Assembly: GCF_004010195.1 (NCBI RefSeq)
Contig: NC_057718.1
Location: 30,448,045 to 30,512,044, forward strand
Source of the DNA: Chiloscyllium plagiosum
Lineage: Eukaryota
DNA: 64,000 nucleotides
Direction: 5' to 3'
The notes under the pieces are model-generated. The model made no database searches. It saw only the letters and a program-made list of their open reading frames with translations, and was not told the origin of the DNA. Positions 1 to 13,060 of this stretch are shown in pieces (the stretch's first letter is position 1; each line of letters opens with the position of its first letter). The position numbers and the translations under genes are program-made.

Positions 1-1490
1 CTTCAATGCCATTTATGCACACTATCCCCCAACCCTTTGCACCATTGATAATTAAAATCTTATCGACCTATACTTTAAATGTAGTTAAAGACTGAGCTTC
101 CATGGCACGTGAGGGCAGAGTATTGTAAAGATTCATCATCTTCTAAGTAAAACACGTTTCTTTTCCTCATCTAGATCCAAAATTGCAACCCTTTTAGATT
201 TAAATTGTGCCCCTTGGTTCTAGACTCCCGACCAGGGGAAACATCTTACCTGCATCTATGCCATCTATCCCTTTTAAGTGCTTTGTAAGTTGCGATGAGA
301 TCACCTCTTATTCTTTGAGACACTGGAGAATAGAGGCCCAGTTTGTCCAATCTCTGTTTATCGGACACTGATCGCTATTCGGTGAACAAGTCTCGTGAAC
401 CTTCATTACACTCTCTCTGTGGCAATAATATCTTTACTGAAATAAGGAAAAACTGTACACAGTAACCGTCTTAATCTAACCAAGCACTTAACTAATCGGA
501 TCAAGACTTTACTACTCCTCTCTCAAATCCTCTTGTGATAAAGTCTGACATTTCATTAGCCCTCCGAATAGCTTGCTATATCTGCATGTTAGCCTTCAAT
601 GGTTTATTGACAAGGATACCAAGTCCCTTTGCATATCTATACTTTCCAACCTGTCCCCATTTAAAAATACTCTGCACATCTCTTCTGACAAAAATGGATG
701 ACCTCACATTTTTCAACATTATATTTCATCTGGCATGTTCTTGCCCAGTCACTCAGGGTGGAGGACATGGGTTTAAGGTGAGAGGGAAAAGATTTAAAAA
801 GCTATCTGAGTGGTAAGTTTATCACACAGAGAGTGGTGCATGTATGGAACGAGCTGCCAGAATAAGTAGTGAAGGTGGATACAATCACAACATGTAAAAG
901 GCATCTGGATGGGTATATGAATAGAGAGGGTTTAGAGGGATATGCACCAAATGCTGGCAAATAGGACTAGGTCAGATGGGGATGTTTGGTCGACGCAGAT
1001 GAATTGGAACAAAGGGTCTGTTTCTGTGTTGTATGACTGTGTGACTTTATGACTAACTGTCCAAATCCTCTTGAAAATATTTGCATCTTTCTTACAACAC
1101 ACATTTCTACTTCACCTTGTATCATATGCAGATTTGGAAATGTCAATTTGAATTGTGCACAACTAGGCTCAAGCATTAATCTTGCAGTAGCCTACTAGTC
1201 ACAGTGTCATAATGTGAGAGTGAACTACTTGTTCCTAATATTTTCTGTGTGTTTGCCAATCCTTAATCCATGTCAGTTCATTATACCCTATACTATGTAC
1301 TTTAACTTTGCTAATCAACTTCTGGTGGAGGGACTTTATTAAAAGTCTTCTTAAAATTCAAATTACTACATCTTCTCTTTATAAATTTGTTAATAAGATC
1401 CTCAGTAACCTCTAACAAGTTTGTCAAACATGATTTTCCAGTGTTAGCCCATGCCCAATCAGATCATTTTTATCCAAGTGTCCATTTCGT
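1..1490 (-). mobile_element. Degenerate CR1-family LINE, RT/3' region, interrupted by an oppositely oriented CR1 3' fragment
   Basis: Antisense CR1 motifs 'ccccttggttctagactccc', 'agatcacctcttattctt', 'aaaatggatgacctcacattt', 'tttgtcaaacatgatttt', shared with other CR1 copies in the window. Confidence 0.8.
756..1054 (+). mobile_element. CR1 3' end fragment inserted into the antisense CR1
   Basis: Encodes GHGFKVRGKRFK. 'tggaacgagctgccag...aaaaggcatctggatgggtatatgaatag' matches the CR1 3' end at 12880-13060. Ends in a (tatgact)-like tail. Confidence 0.85.
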
Positions 1491-2369
1491 GAAGGCCCTT
1501 CACCAATATTCAGTTTCAATCTTTTTTAGTCACTGATGATTTTTTTTTTGGCAATATGTATTTATTCAGTGTTTAATACTTATAGTCCACTCCTTAAGTC
1601 TTTTTCTTCTTGCCTATGGCACCTACACGAGTATCTCACTCAAGTGACTCTTTAATCTTTGTGAGCTTATGCAATAGTTCAGTAACAGCTTGTCTGTCAA
1701 CTGAAAGGGGAGCATTTGTATAATTGAAACTTGTAGAAATGGGAACTGTGACTCTAAGGTTTCTTCTGAGAGTCATGCTTATGTTTTGATGAATCATTAA
1801 ATCAACTGGAAGTGTTGGTTATCAGCTCGTATCTCTGAAGAGACGGGTTCCTAATCCACATGCTTAGACTACTCAACAATACTGCCAACACATTGCACTT
1901 TAATAACCCTTTTGGGTTGTTGTCTATATATTTGTCTTGGCTTTTTTAAAAAAATATCCTTGGGGAACTGGGCTGGATGAATTACTGAGCTGACATTGTA
2001 AGAAAGCAGAGTTAACATCAGCAATTGTGTCATTTCAATTGTGTATGTTAATTCAGCTCTTTCATTTTTTCACTCATCCCTGGAAGCCAATTTGCTGATG
2101 TCAGTCAGCATTTACTGCACAAACAGAAATATTACAAAATTGTTTATAGATGTTTCAGTGACCTAATTGATAAAATAGAAAACTGATCAGAAAACTTCAT
2201 TCTAATTTAGGAAGCACTTGCATGAAAAATTATATTTGATTGTAAAAGACTTGTATCTCTTCTTTCATTTGTATCAGGTTCACAGTAGAGGGATCTTCTT
2301 CATCAGTGAAGAACAGTGAATCTCAGTATACAAATGGTTGTTTGGTAGTAAAGAATTGGAACATTCAGA

Positions 2370-3030
2370 AGGCACGGTGACTCAGTGGTCAGCACTGTTG
2401 CCTCACAGCACCAGGGACCTGGGTTTGATTCCAGCCTTAAATGACTCATGAAGTTTGCACATTTTCCCCATGTCCGCATGGGTTTCCACCAGTTTTTTTC
2501 TCACAGTCCAAAGATATGCAGGTGAGGTGGATTGGCTGTGCTAAACTGTCCTGTACTTTAGTGACTAGAACTATGCAGACTTAGTAGATTAGATTAGATT
2601 CCTGACAGTGTGGAAACAGGTTCTTCGGCCCAACAAGTCCACACAGATCCCCCCCGAAGAGTAACCCACCCAGACCTATTCCCCTACATTTACCCCATGC
2701 ACCTAGCACTACGGGCAATTTAGCCAATTCACCTAACCTGCATATCTTTGGACTGTGGGAGGAAACCGGACCACCCGGAGAAAACCCATGCAGACACAGG
2801 GAGAATGGGCAAACTCCACACAGACAATTGCCCGAGGCTGGAATCGAATCTGGGACTCTGGTGCTGTGAGACAGCAGTGCTAACCACAGAGCCACCGTGC
2901 CGCCAACCATGGTAAATGCAGGATTATGGGGATGGAATAGGGCTTTGGGTCTGACGCTCTTTTGGGTGGGTCAGTGCAGACTCAATGGGCTGAACAGCCT
3001 CTTTCCACACGGTACGGATTCTGGGATTCT
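2370..3030 (+). mobile_element. HE1-like tRNA-derived SINE, split by an antisense SINE
   Basis: Head 'ggcacggtgactcagtggtcagcactgttgcctcacagc...gggtttgattcc' with A/B boxes. The 3' part resumes at ~2908 'catggtaaatgcagg...gactcaatgggctgaa'. Confidence 0.8.
2582..2905 (-). mobile_element. HE1-like SINE, near full length
   Basis: (ttaga)n tail, 'acagtgtggaaacagg...cggcccaacaagtccacac', ends 'gctaaccacagagccaccgtgccgcc'. Near-identical to the copies at 9425 and 25181. Confidence 0.92.
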
Positions 3031-3044
3031 ATGATATTATTGAA

Positions 3045-3190
3045 ACAGAGACATGTTGACACGTTTCATCTTGCACTCATCAGAACAAAGACAAAATAAC
3101 AACTTGACAAAACTGTCATAACAATTCTTGTGTTTTTCCTTGTTGAAATGAAAATCTTCAGCAACACACCTTTCTCAGTAATATTCAAGT
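3045..3190. repeat. Degenerate palindromic element with a minus-strand hammerhead-like core (3064-3083)
   Basis: Reverse complement reads CTGATGA-gtgcaagat-GAAA-cgt. Weak inverted counterpart at ~3135-3165. Confidence 0.45.
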
Positions 3191-3831
3191 CTTAGTATGT
3201 TCAACTGGCTAAAATTCCAACTTGACAACCGGAAAAAAACTAGGAACTCTCTCCCTCATTAACACAGGAATACTGAGTCCAGATGTGGACCCTGACCATA
3301 TTAAAAATGACAGATCTTTTCAGTTGAAGTCACACTTGCACATGTACATTTTTTAACTGTTTTGGAGAGTTTCTTTACCAGTGAGTACTAATGAAATTAT
3401 TGTGAAATACTGGCTTTCAACATTTACTGAAACTGAGGATGTGACTGCTGAATTAGCAGGCACAATTGATGCTGAGTCACTGAGGTTATAGATTTGCATT
3501 TCAATGTTAATTTAATTCCGAGTGCCATCAATAACTCCTTGAGCAAGTACTACTGATAACATCAGTGCTGATTATACAGAAATATGAAAACATTGACTGA
3601 AATGGGTAACATAAAAGAAAATTTGATTGGTTGTAAATCCTGTTAACATTATCTCGTATAAAAAAAAGAGGGTGAAGCTGTTCAAAACTTAAATAATCAG
3701 GCTTCATGTTTCTAACCTAACCTCACTTTAATTAGCATTAGATCAGCTTCATCAAATTATGAGGTATTTCAAGTTCCCATAGTCTTTCTGCACAGCACAC
3801 ACAAAGGAAAATGCTTTGTTTGTTTGTTATT

Positions 3832-5183
3832 GTCATAGAGAAGTACAGCATGGAAACAGACCCTTCGGTCCAACTTGTCCATACTGACCAGATATCCCAG
3901 CCCAATCCAGTCCACCTACCAGTACCCGGCCTATATCCCTCCAAACCTTTCCTATTCATATACCTATCCAGATGCCTTTTAAATGTCGCAATTATACTAG
4001 CCTCCACCACTTCCTCTGGCAGCTCAATCCATACATATACCACCCTCTGCATGAAATAGTTGCCCCTAAGGCTCTCTTTTATATCTTTCTCCTCTCGCCC
4101 TAATCCTATGCCCTCTAGTTCTGGACTCCCCCACCCCAGGGAAAAGACTTTGTCTATTTATCCTATCCATGCTTTTATAAACCCCTGTAAGGTCACCCCT
4201 CAGCCTCCGACGCTCCAGGGAAAACAGCCCCAGCCTGTTCAGCTTCTCCCTATAGTTCAAATCCTCCAACCCTGGCAACACCTTTGTAAATCTTTTCTGA
4301 ACCCTTTCAAGTTTCACAACATCTTTCCGATGGGAAGGAGACCAGAGTTGCATGCAATGTTCCAGAAGTGACCGAACCAGTGTCCCGTATAGCCACAATA
4401 TGACCTCCCAACTCCTGTACTCAATACTCTGACCAATAAAGGAAAGCATACCAAATGCCGCCTTCGCTATTCTATCTATCTGCGACTCCACTTTCAAGGA
4501 GCTACGAACCTGCACTCCAAGGTCTCTTTGATCCCTCGGATCTTACCATTAAGTGTATAAGTCCTGCTAAGATTTGTTTTCCCAAAATGCAGCACCTTGC
4601 ATCTACCTAAATTAAACTCCATCTGCCACTTCTCAGCCTGTTGGCCCATCTGATCAAGATCCCGTTGTAATCCAAGGTAACCTTCTTCGCTGTCCACTAC
4701 ACCTCCAATTTTGGTGTCATCTGCAAACTTACTAACTATACCCCTTCTGCACACATCCAGATCATTTATATAAATGACAAAAAGTAGTGGACCCAGCACC
4801 AATCCTTGTGGCACTCCACAGACTTCCAGCCTGGAAAACAACCCTCACCATCACCCGCTGTCTTCTATCTTTGAGCCATTTCTCCCTGTATTCCATGAGA
4901 TCTAACCTTGCTAAACAGTCTCCCATAGGGAACTTTGTGAAACGCCTTACTGAAGTCCATATAGATCACATCTACCACTCTGCCCTCATCAATCCTCTTT
5001 GTTACTTCTTCAAAAAACTCAATCAAGTTTGTGAGACATGATGTCCCATGCACAAAGCCATGTTGACTATCCCTAATCAGTCCTTGCCTTTCCAAATATG
5101 TCTACATCCTATCCCTCAGGATTCCCTCCAACAACTTGCCCACCACCGATGTCGGGTTCACTGGTCTATAGTTCCCTGGCTTG
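3832..5183 (-). mobile_element. CR1 LINE, 5'-truncated, RT pseudogene plus 3' UTR
   Basis: Frameshifted ORFs: SQHGFVHGTSCLTNLIEFFEEVT, YMDFSKAFHKVP, GVPQGLVLGPLLFVIYINDL, SKFADDTKIGG, LERVQKRFTK. Confidence 0.95.
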
Positions 5184-7979
5184 CGTGTTGTTCCAGATAA
5201 ACTTACAGTGTAATTGTATATTTACTTTATAGGAATTCCATCAACCGACTGCATCAACATTACAAAGTAGTTGGTGCTGCTACTTTCAGAAGTGCCCAGA
5301 TATGCCTAAATAAATCTCTGACCTTATTTCCAGAGGCAAAAATCATGGCTTTAGTGTAGCTCGTTGCCATTTCCTTCTGACTGTGAACATTTATGCTGAC
5401 ATGTGCAGGTCAGTCATGTGGTTTCCTGATTGCAAACTTTTATGGACATTGGGATATATTCAGGACAACAGTTGCCCATCCTTATGCTTCTGCATGGACA
5501 TCTGTTTCACTGTTACTAGTGCTGTGAAACTGATAAGTAGCAAAGCAAATTTTTCCCTGTAAGTAATCATTAACTAATGGCACCTATGCCAAGGCATGTG
5601 ACCTTGTTGCTACCGATAGCACCAAACTGTAAAAAAAGAATATTATCTAATACCTACATCTTAATGGCGCACAATAACAGAGGTTGGGTAAGTGCAAAAC
5701 GTCTCGACTGTTGGCTTTCCAATAGGATTCAGAATCAACACCAGCTTTCTACTGCAAGTTAAAAGAAGAATCAGGTTGAATACGTTACACACCAGAACTG
5801 CTGTAGTTCCATAACAACAACATAAATTACCTAAAATGTTCAGAAGAAACAAAAACTGGCTTGATGTTTTATTTAAAACGTTTGCAGTATTTCTCCTTGC
5901 CTGTGGACTAATATTATTGTGTGTAGTTACTGATTATTTATTATTTCTGAGTTGGGCCATACAAAAAATGATAATAATGAGTGGTATTGCCAAGAAAGTT
6001 TATATGATAGTATATGGGACCCACATAACACATAGGTTTGGTGCTTAACTATTACATAGTGATGTTGGGAGCTGCCGTAAGTTTGGCATTCTGTACTCTG
6101 GATCATATTAACACCAACATTACCAGAAATTTTACTTTTTGTTTGAAAAGCATAATTGAAAAGGAAGATATCAGCTGCAGTGGGTTGCTTAATTATGTAC
6201 AAAGAAGAAACTGTTGAGCTTTTTCTTAATTGTTTCATCTTGCCAGATCCTGGTTATTGCAAATAACTATCTTGGTACAAGCAATAAATTCTCAGTGTTT
6301 GCCAAGATTTTGAGTTTTTTTTGTATTTTCTTCAAAACAAATTTGCTTGAAATTTTGGTTATTTCAATTATTCAGTGAGTTTTATCATTTATGAAATAAA
6401 TAGCTCGATAATCTGCCAAGAAACACAACATAGTGTATTTAGAGGAGGGAATAAGCAAGTTGCTGTTATTTATTATTTATTGCTTAAACACTTCTGATAG
6501 TCCATATCGTGAGGTTGTGATGCCAAATTTGACTTGGTAATTGAGGGACAATCAAGGCAGCAGCATTCTATCTCAGTGAGGGATACCGCATGTGATAGTG
6601 GAAACCTTAGAACACAGAGAAATATTTTGTTTATTTCACTGGATGAATGAAAGAAGATTGGGACCACCAATAAAAATAATAAATGAAGAGATATAAACCA
6701 ATACTTACGTCTGAAGTTTTTCTCTTGGGACGATCACACAGGAAGGTTCATCCTCATTCTGCCATGACTGCTTCCATCATTTCAAGTACTTGATCTATTT
6801 CATGGTTTTATAGAATCGATGAATCTCATCCCCAAAGAGTCCAGCAGGCCCTTTGATTCCTGACCTGACATCTGCTAATGCTGCTGCTGACGACCTGCCA
6901 CTCTGGATCTGTTGAACTGTGCACCATGTTTGACAACATTTATAATACGAATCAATATTTAGCATTGGGAAAGTGAAGAGAGAAGGAGAGACTGTTGCCG
7001 CAAAAGGCTGCATTGCCCCTGGGCGGCTGTCAGAAATGGGTAGTTATTAATAGCTCCATCACCACTTAGCATAGTCAGTAGGGGTCAGGCATGAAATGAT
7101 TTAATCAGTTTATGATATCTGTGACAGGGAGCACTTAAAATGTAATCACAAAATTTAGGCAGAAGTATCCCTGGGCTGCTATAGTGTTTACCTCCATTAA
7201 TTTCTCTAATGCTGATAAAGGGAAAAATGTCAAAACTGATGGTGCATTGAAAGATTTAGTAAGAATATAGCACATATAGGTAATCTCTATTGTACCTGGT
7301 ACTCTGTGTTTCATTCCTGTATAACAAAAATAATATGATACTTCATTTCTAATCTAGGCCAGGATTAATGAAGTACTGATTAACTTGCAGCCCAAAACCC
7401 TATTGAAATAAAATGTGAGCTTTCATTTCAGATTAATAGTAGCATTTCTTTTAACATCTGCATTTTAAAAGTGATACAAAATGTATTATAATTGTAGGTT
7501 GAGTTAACAATATTTTCAGCAATAATGTTAGAATCAGAATGAAGTCTCAGTGTATATACTATGCTATATATGTGTATGTGTAGTATAGGGGTTATGTGAG
7601 AGGAAATACAAGAAGAAATCAGCAATAAAAGTTAAAGTTCTGCATCGTTTTCATATGGTTCCTTGTAGCATCAAGTGATGTAGAAGTTTATAAGTTTCTT
7701 TACTGTACAGTTCTAAGTTGGCTGGTCTTGGCTGTGACGGTTTTAAACACTAACTACAGTTGGTTTAATTGTCCCAGGACGAAGGGGAGAGGAAAGACAA
7801 TCAAGATTTCTGCTGGGAGTTTGTTTTTGCATGTCTGTCTTTCTTCCTTTCTTTCTTTCTGTGTGAATTGGATGAAGATATTGTTGGGCTCCTCTGTAAT
7901 GCCATGAACTTGGGAGTTAAAACATTGAACCTATAGAGGCAGCTAAGATATGAACTAATAGTTTTTCCAAAAGATATTC

Positions 7980-8070
7980 TTTCAACAACAGAGCAGTCCC
8001 TCAGAATTGCACTGAAACACCTACCTATATTTTGTGCTCAAGTCCTAGAAAGAAGTTTGAACTCACATGT
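7980..8070 (-). mobile_element. DeuSINE/SacSINE1-like 5' fragment
   Basis: 'agcagtccctcagaattgcactgaa...tttgtgctcaagtc...tttgaactcac' resembles the antisense head of shark DeuSINEs, recalled from memory. Confidence 0.45.
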
Positions 8071-8897
8071 TAGAAACTTGTAGATACCATCACATTATAA
8101 GTGAACTTAGTTAACTGAAGAGATTGCAGTAATTACCGTGGTCCACAATGTCACTGGGAAGATTTTTGACAGAATTATTCTAATAAGGCTTTATTATAAC
8201 AGCTAATCAATTTTCTTTGGAGGTGTAAGAGAGTTCAAGACCAGACACATTTTGGCGAGGAGACTGCTGATGTTTTCATATTTTGTTAAGCATCAGAAGT
8301 AATACATAACAAGAGAAGGCAGTTAATAACTGAGTTCGCTTTCCACTGATGCTGGTGACTACTGATGGCTCATGATGCTTTTCATTTAAATCCACTTTGC
8401 ATCTTCTTCAAATCTCTCTATACTATCTATTTTTTAAATCTCTGCAGCCAGGTTCTTCCTGTACTCAAATACTGCTGTTGTATTGATGAACTTTAACAAA
8501 TATAATATGTCCAGAGAGCTGTACTTGCAACTTGAACATACCTTCATCACCTAAATAACTTATAGTCCCCTTTTATCTGTATAACCATTTGTAAAACTGG
8601 ATAACCAGTACCCTTGTTTAGTCTTGGATCCAAAATCTATTGATTTATACATTTTGAAACACATTCTTTGATCACAACTGGTAACATAGTTTGGTCTTCT
8701 GTTCATATGCCTTTACACTATTCGTGTTATCAATTCACAAAGTCCATTTCTGCTACTCTGTGACCCAAATTTATTTTCAGTCATACATTCAATATGCAAT
8801 CAATTTCACGTTGAATTTAAGCTTGGTCATGAAATGGGATATAATAGGGCTTTATCTTAGCCCTACTTTGTTTGCTACCTTTTAATCTGTTTCCCTG

Positions 8898-10130
8898 CTA
8901 GAAATGTAGAAAATAGGAGCAGAAGTAGGCATTCAGTACTTCAAGCCTGTTTTGCCATTCAGTATGATCATGACAGATCATTCAACTTGGCCCTTGTTCC
9001 AGTTTTTCCCCAGACCCTTTGGTCCCTTCAACCCTAACAGCTATATGTAACTTCTTGAAAACATGTAATATTTTGGTCTTGACCACTTTCTGTGGCTCAC
9101 TACTCCATGGGTAAAGAAATTTCTTCTCATCTCAGTTCTAAATCTACTCTAAGACTATGACCCTAGTTTTTGACCCCCTGGCCATTGGGAACATCCCTCA
9201 TGTGTTGACTCTTATCTAAACCTGTGGAATTTATAGCTTCCAAGAAATTCCACCCCCCCCCCCCCCAAACACACACCCATTGTGCTTAACTCCATTGAAT
9301 ATGATCCTAATTGATCGGATCTCTTTTCATATCAGTTGTGCCATCCCAGGAATCAGCCTGCTAAACCTTTCTTGCACTCACTCCACAGCCAAGCCATCCT
9401 TCCTCAGAGAAGGAGACCAAAATTAGATTAGATTACTTAGATTAGATTACTTACAGTGTGGAAACAGGCCCTTCGGCCCAACAAGTCCACACCGCCCCGC
9501 CGAAGCGCAACCCACCCATACCCCTACATTTACCCCTTACCTAACACTACGGGCAATTTAGCATGGCCAATTCACCTGACCTGCACATCTTTGGACTGTG
9601 GGAGGAAACCAGAGCACCCGGAGGAAACCCACGCAGACACTGGGAGAACGTGCAAATTCCACACGGACAGTCGCCTGAGGCGGGAATTGAACCCGGGTCT
9701 CTGGTGCTGTGAGGCAGCAGTGCTAACCACTGTGCCACCGTGCCGCCAAAATTGCGCACAATACTCACTCACTGTGGTCTCACTAAGGCCCTGTACAACT
9801 ACAGGAAGACATTCCTGCTCCTGTACTTGAATTCTGTTGCTATGAAGGCCAACATTCCTTTTTCTATCTTCACTGCCTGCTGCACTTGCGTGCTTACTTT
9901 TTGTGCAAGGACATCCAGGTTTCATTGCAACTTTGTTTCCCAATGTATCTCCATTCTGATGATAATCAGCCTTCCTATTTTTGCTACTAAAGTGGATAAC
10001 CTCATGTTTAACTACATTATACTTCATCTGTCATGCATTTGACCATTCACTCAACTTGTCTAAATCAAATTAAAACATTGCTGCAACCCCCTCATAGCTC
10101 ACCCTTCCACATAACTTTGTCAACTGCATA
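8898..10130 (-). mobile_element. Older CR1 subfamily 3' region, interrupted by a SINE
   Basis: 'agaaaataggagcagaagtaggc' 3' tail. Antisense RT C-terminus MKYNVVKHEVIHF. Confidence 0.85.
9425..9745 (-). mobile_element. Young HE1-like SINE with 8-bp TSD
   Basis: CpG-rich intact copy flanked by 'ccaaaatt' at 9417-9424 and 9746-9753. Confidence 0.95.
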
Positions 10131-10134
10131 CTTT

Positions 10135-10345
10135 TCTGCTGATGCACAAAAGTCCTCAATTTATCGAGACTGAAGGCCAAGATAGAAAGTCGTGTTCTTG
10201 AAAACATTAAAACTTATGTATTCTGATGATGCCATGCTACAGTTACCCAGATAGGAGACCAGCTGTGAAGGATTGTCTGTCAACTGATTGTTATGTTTTC
10301 CCTCACCATCAGTGGGAATGACATAAAAGATAGTCAAATGATGGA
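10135..10345 (+). mobile_element. Old RTE-clade LINE RT fragment
   Basis: Translates to LNLSRLKAKIE, then after a frameshift LMYSDDA, and later SLTIS. This resembles the RTE motif FNLxRLKAKTK...LLFADD...GLTIS. Confidence 0.6.
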
Positions 10346-10505
10346 GAAGTTTAGGTCAAACTGAACTTTGACCATGAATTTGAAAATCTTAGCTACTCTC
10401 AAACTTTTCACACTACTGAGAAATGGTCCTCAGTTTTAACACATGCTTCTCAACTTTGTCCACTGAATAGCATCGAAGTGTTTTCCTCCATTCTTTCACT
10501 TGGTG

Positions 10506-13060
10506 GTTTAGATGGAGAGGAATTTAAGTGTGTACAAGAAAATTTTCTGATTCAGTATGTGGATGTACATACAAGGTATGTGATGCAAAACTTGACCTAT
10601 TCTTGAGAAATAAGGCAGGGCAGGTGACTGAGATGTCAGTGGGATAGCACTTTGGGGGCAATGGCCATAATTCTATTAATTTTAAAACACTGCTGGAAAA
10701 GGATAGACCAGATCTAAAAGTTGAAGTTCTAAATTGGAGGAAGGCCAATTTTGATGGTATTAGGCAAGAACTTTCAAATGTTGATTGGGGGCAGATGTTT
10801 GCAGGTAAAGGGACGGCTAGAAAATGGGATGCCTTCAGAAATGCGATAACAAGAGATAAAAGAAGGAGGCATACGTCAACTATAGACAGCAAAGATCAAG
10901 TGAATGCTTAGAAGAATATAAAGGCAGTATACTTAAAGGGGAAATCAAAAGGGCAGAAAGAGAACTTGAGATAGCTTTGGAAAATAGGTTTAAGGAGAAT
11001 CCAAAGGATTTTTATAAATACATTAAGGACAAAAGGTTAACTCGTGAGCGAATAAGGCCCCTTCAAGATCAGCAAGGCAGCGTGTGTGTGGAATGGTAGG
11101 AGATGGAAGAAATACTAAAGGAGTATTTTGCATTAGTGTTTACTGCGGAGAAGGGCTTTGAAGACATAGAATGTAAGGAAATGGCTGGTGACATCCTGAA
11201 AAATATCCATATTACAGAGGAGGAGGTCAGGCTTTGCCTCTTTTCTTGTAGGTACATCCACATACTGAATTTTCTTGTACACTCTTAAATTCCTCTCCAT
11301 CCAAACTCTTAACACTATGCTTAGAAAGTTAAAATCCCCTACCATAACCACCCTATTTTTCTTACTGATAACTGAGATCTTGGCTCACACTGCGTCCTTT
11401 GCAATCTGAACTGTAAATCATTGCTTTTGCATATTTGTTTAAAAATCTTTCTGAAAATGACTGACTTAACACAGAATGAATTGAAATTTGTGAATGTCTT
11501 AAAATGCATAAAGGTGGATAAATCCCCATAACCCGATCAGGTGTACCCAAGAAATCTGGAAAGATAGGGAAGTGATAGCTGGGCCCCTTGCTGAGATACA
11601 TGTATCATTAATACTCACAGGTGAGGTGCCAGAAGACTGGAGGTTGGCTAATGTGGTGCCACTATTTAGGAAAGGTGATAAGGAAAAGCTCGGGAACTAG
11701 AAATGGGTGAGCCTGGCATTGATGGTGGGCAAATCATTGGAGGGAATCCTGAGGGACAGGATTTACATTTATTTGGAAAGGCAGCAACTAATTAGGGATA
11801 CTCAACATGGCTTTGTGCATTGGAAATCATGTCCCAATAACTTGATTGAGTTTTTTGAAGAAGTAACGAAGAGGCTTGATAAGGGCAGAGGGGTGGACAT
11901 GCTTGATATGGACTTCAATAAGGCGCTCGACAAGGTTCCTCATGGTAGACTGGTTAGCAAGGTCAGATCACATGAAATACAGGGAGAACTAACCATTTGG
12001 ATTCGGAACTGGCTCGAAGGTAGAAACCAGAGGATAATGGGGGTGGGTTGCTTTTCAGACTGGAGGCCTGTGGCCAATGGTGTGCCACAAGGATTAGTGC
12101 TGGGTCCATTGCTTTTCTTCATTTATATAAATGATTTGGATACGAACATTCGAGGTATAGTTAGTAAGTTTGCAGATGACACCAAAATTGGAGGTCAAGT
12201 GGACTGCGAAGAAGGTTACCTCAGAGTACAATGGGATCTTGATCAGATGGGCCAGTTGGTGAGGAGTGGCAGATGGAGTTTACTTTTGATAAATGTGAAG
12301 TGCTGCATTTTGGAAAGGCAAATCAGGGCAGGACTTGTACACTTAATGGTAAGGTTCTGGGGACTGGTGCTAAACAAAGAGACCTTGGAGTGCAGGTTCA
12401 TAATTCCTTGAAAGTGGAGTCTCAGGTAGGTAAGATAGTGAAGAAGATGTTTGTTATGCTTTCCTTTATTGGTTAGAGCATTGCATATAGGAGTTGGGAG
12501 GTCATGTTACAGCTGTACGGGATATTGGTTAGGCCACTTTTGGAATATTGCATGCAATTCTGGTCTCCTTCCTATCAGAAGGACGTTGTGAAACTTGAAA
12601 GGGTTCAGAAAAGATTTGCAAGGATGTTGCCAGGGTTGGAGGGTTTGAACTATAGGGAGAGGCTGAATAGGCTGAGTTGTCAGACACTGAGGGCTGACCT
12701 TATAGAGGTTTATAAAATCATGAGCGGCATGAATTGGGTAAATAGACAAGATATTTTCCTTGGGGTGGGGGAGTCCAGAACTAGAGGGTGTAGTTTTAGC
12801 ATGAGAGGAGAAAGATTGAGCATGAGAGGAGAAAGAGATCTAGGAGCAACATTTTCACGCAGAGGGTGGTGCGTGAATGGAACGAGCTGCCAGAGGAGGT
12901 GGTGGAGGCTGATACAATTATAACATTTAAAAGGCATCTGAATGGGTATATGAATAGAAGGGTTTAGGGGGATATGGGCCAAGTGCTAGCAAAGTGGACT
13001 AGATTAGGTTAGATATCTGGGTGGCATGGACAAGTTTTCCTTTCTGTACATCTGTGACTC
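10506..13060 (+). mobile_element. CR1 LINE ORF2 pseudogene (endonuclease C-terminus, RT, 3' UTR) with internal rearrangement
   Basis: ORF 11707-12411 contains QHGF, DFNKALDKVPH, GVPQGLVLGPLLF, SKFADDTKIGG. ORF 12504-12923 contains LERVQKRFARM. Multiple frameshifts and stops. Confidence 0.95.

Noticed and set aside
2581..2910. Recurrent 'VAQWLALLPHS' ORFs (also 9547, 44055, 54640)
   Set aside because: Spurious translations of HE1-like SINEs.
6709..7013. Minus-strand coding exon ending at a gtaagt donor
   Set aside because: Stops in all three frames and no convincing acceptor; gtaagt hexamers are expected many times by chance in 64 kb.
11707..12411. 234-aa RT ORF as an active gene
   Set aside because: Part of a frameshifted, rearranged CR1 ORF2 with stops upstream and downstream.
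12798..12836. Tandem 18-bp repeat
   Set aside because: Simple local duplication inside CR1.
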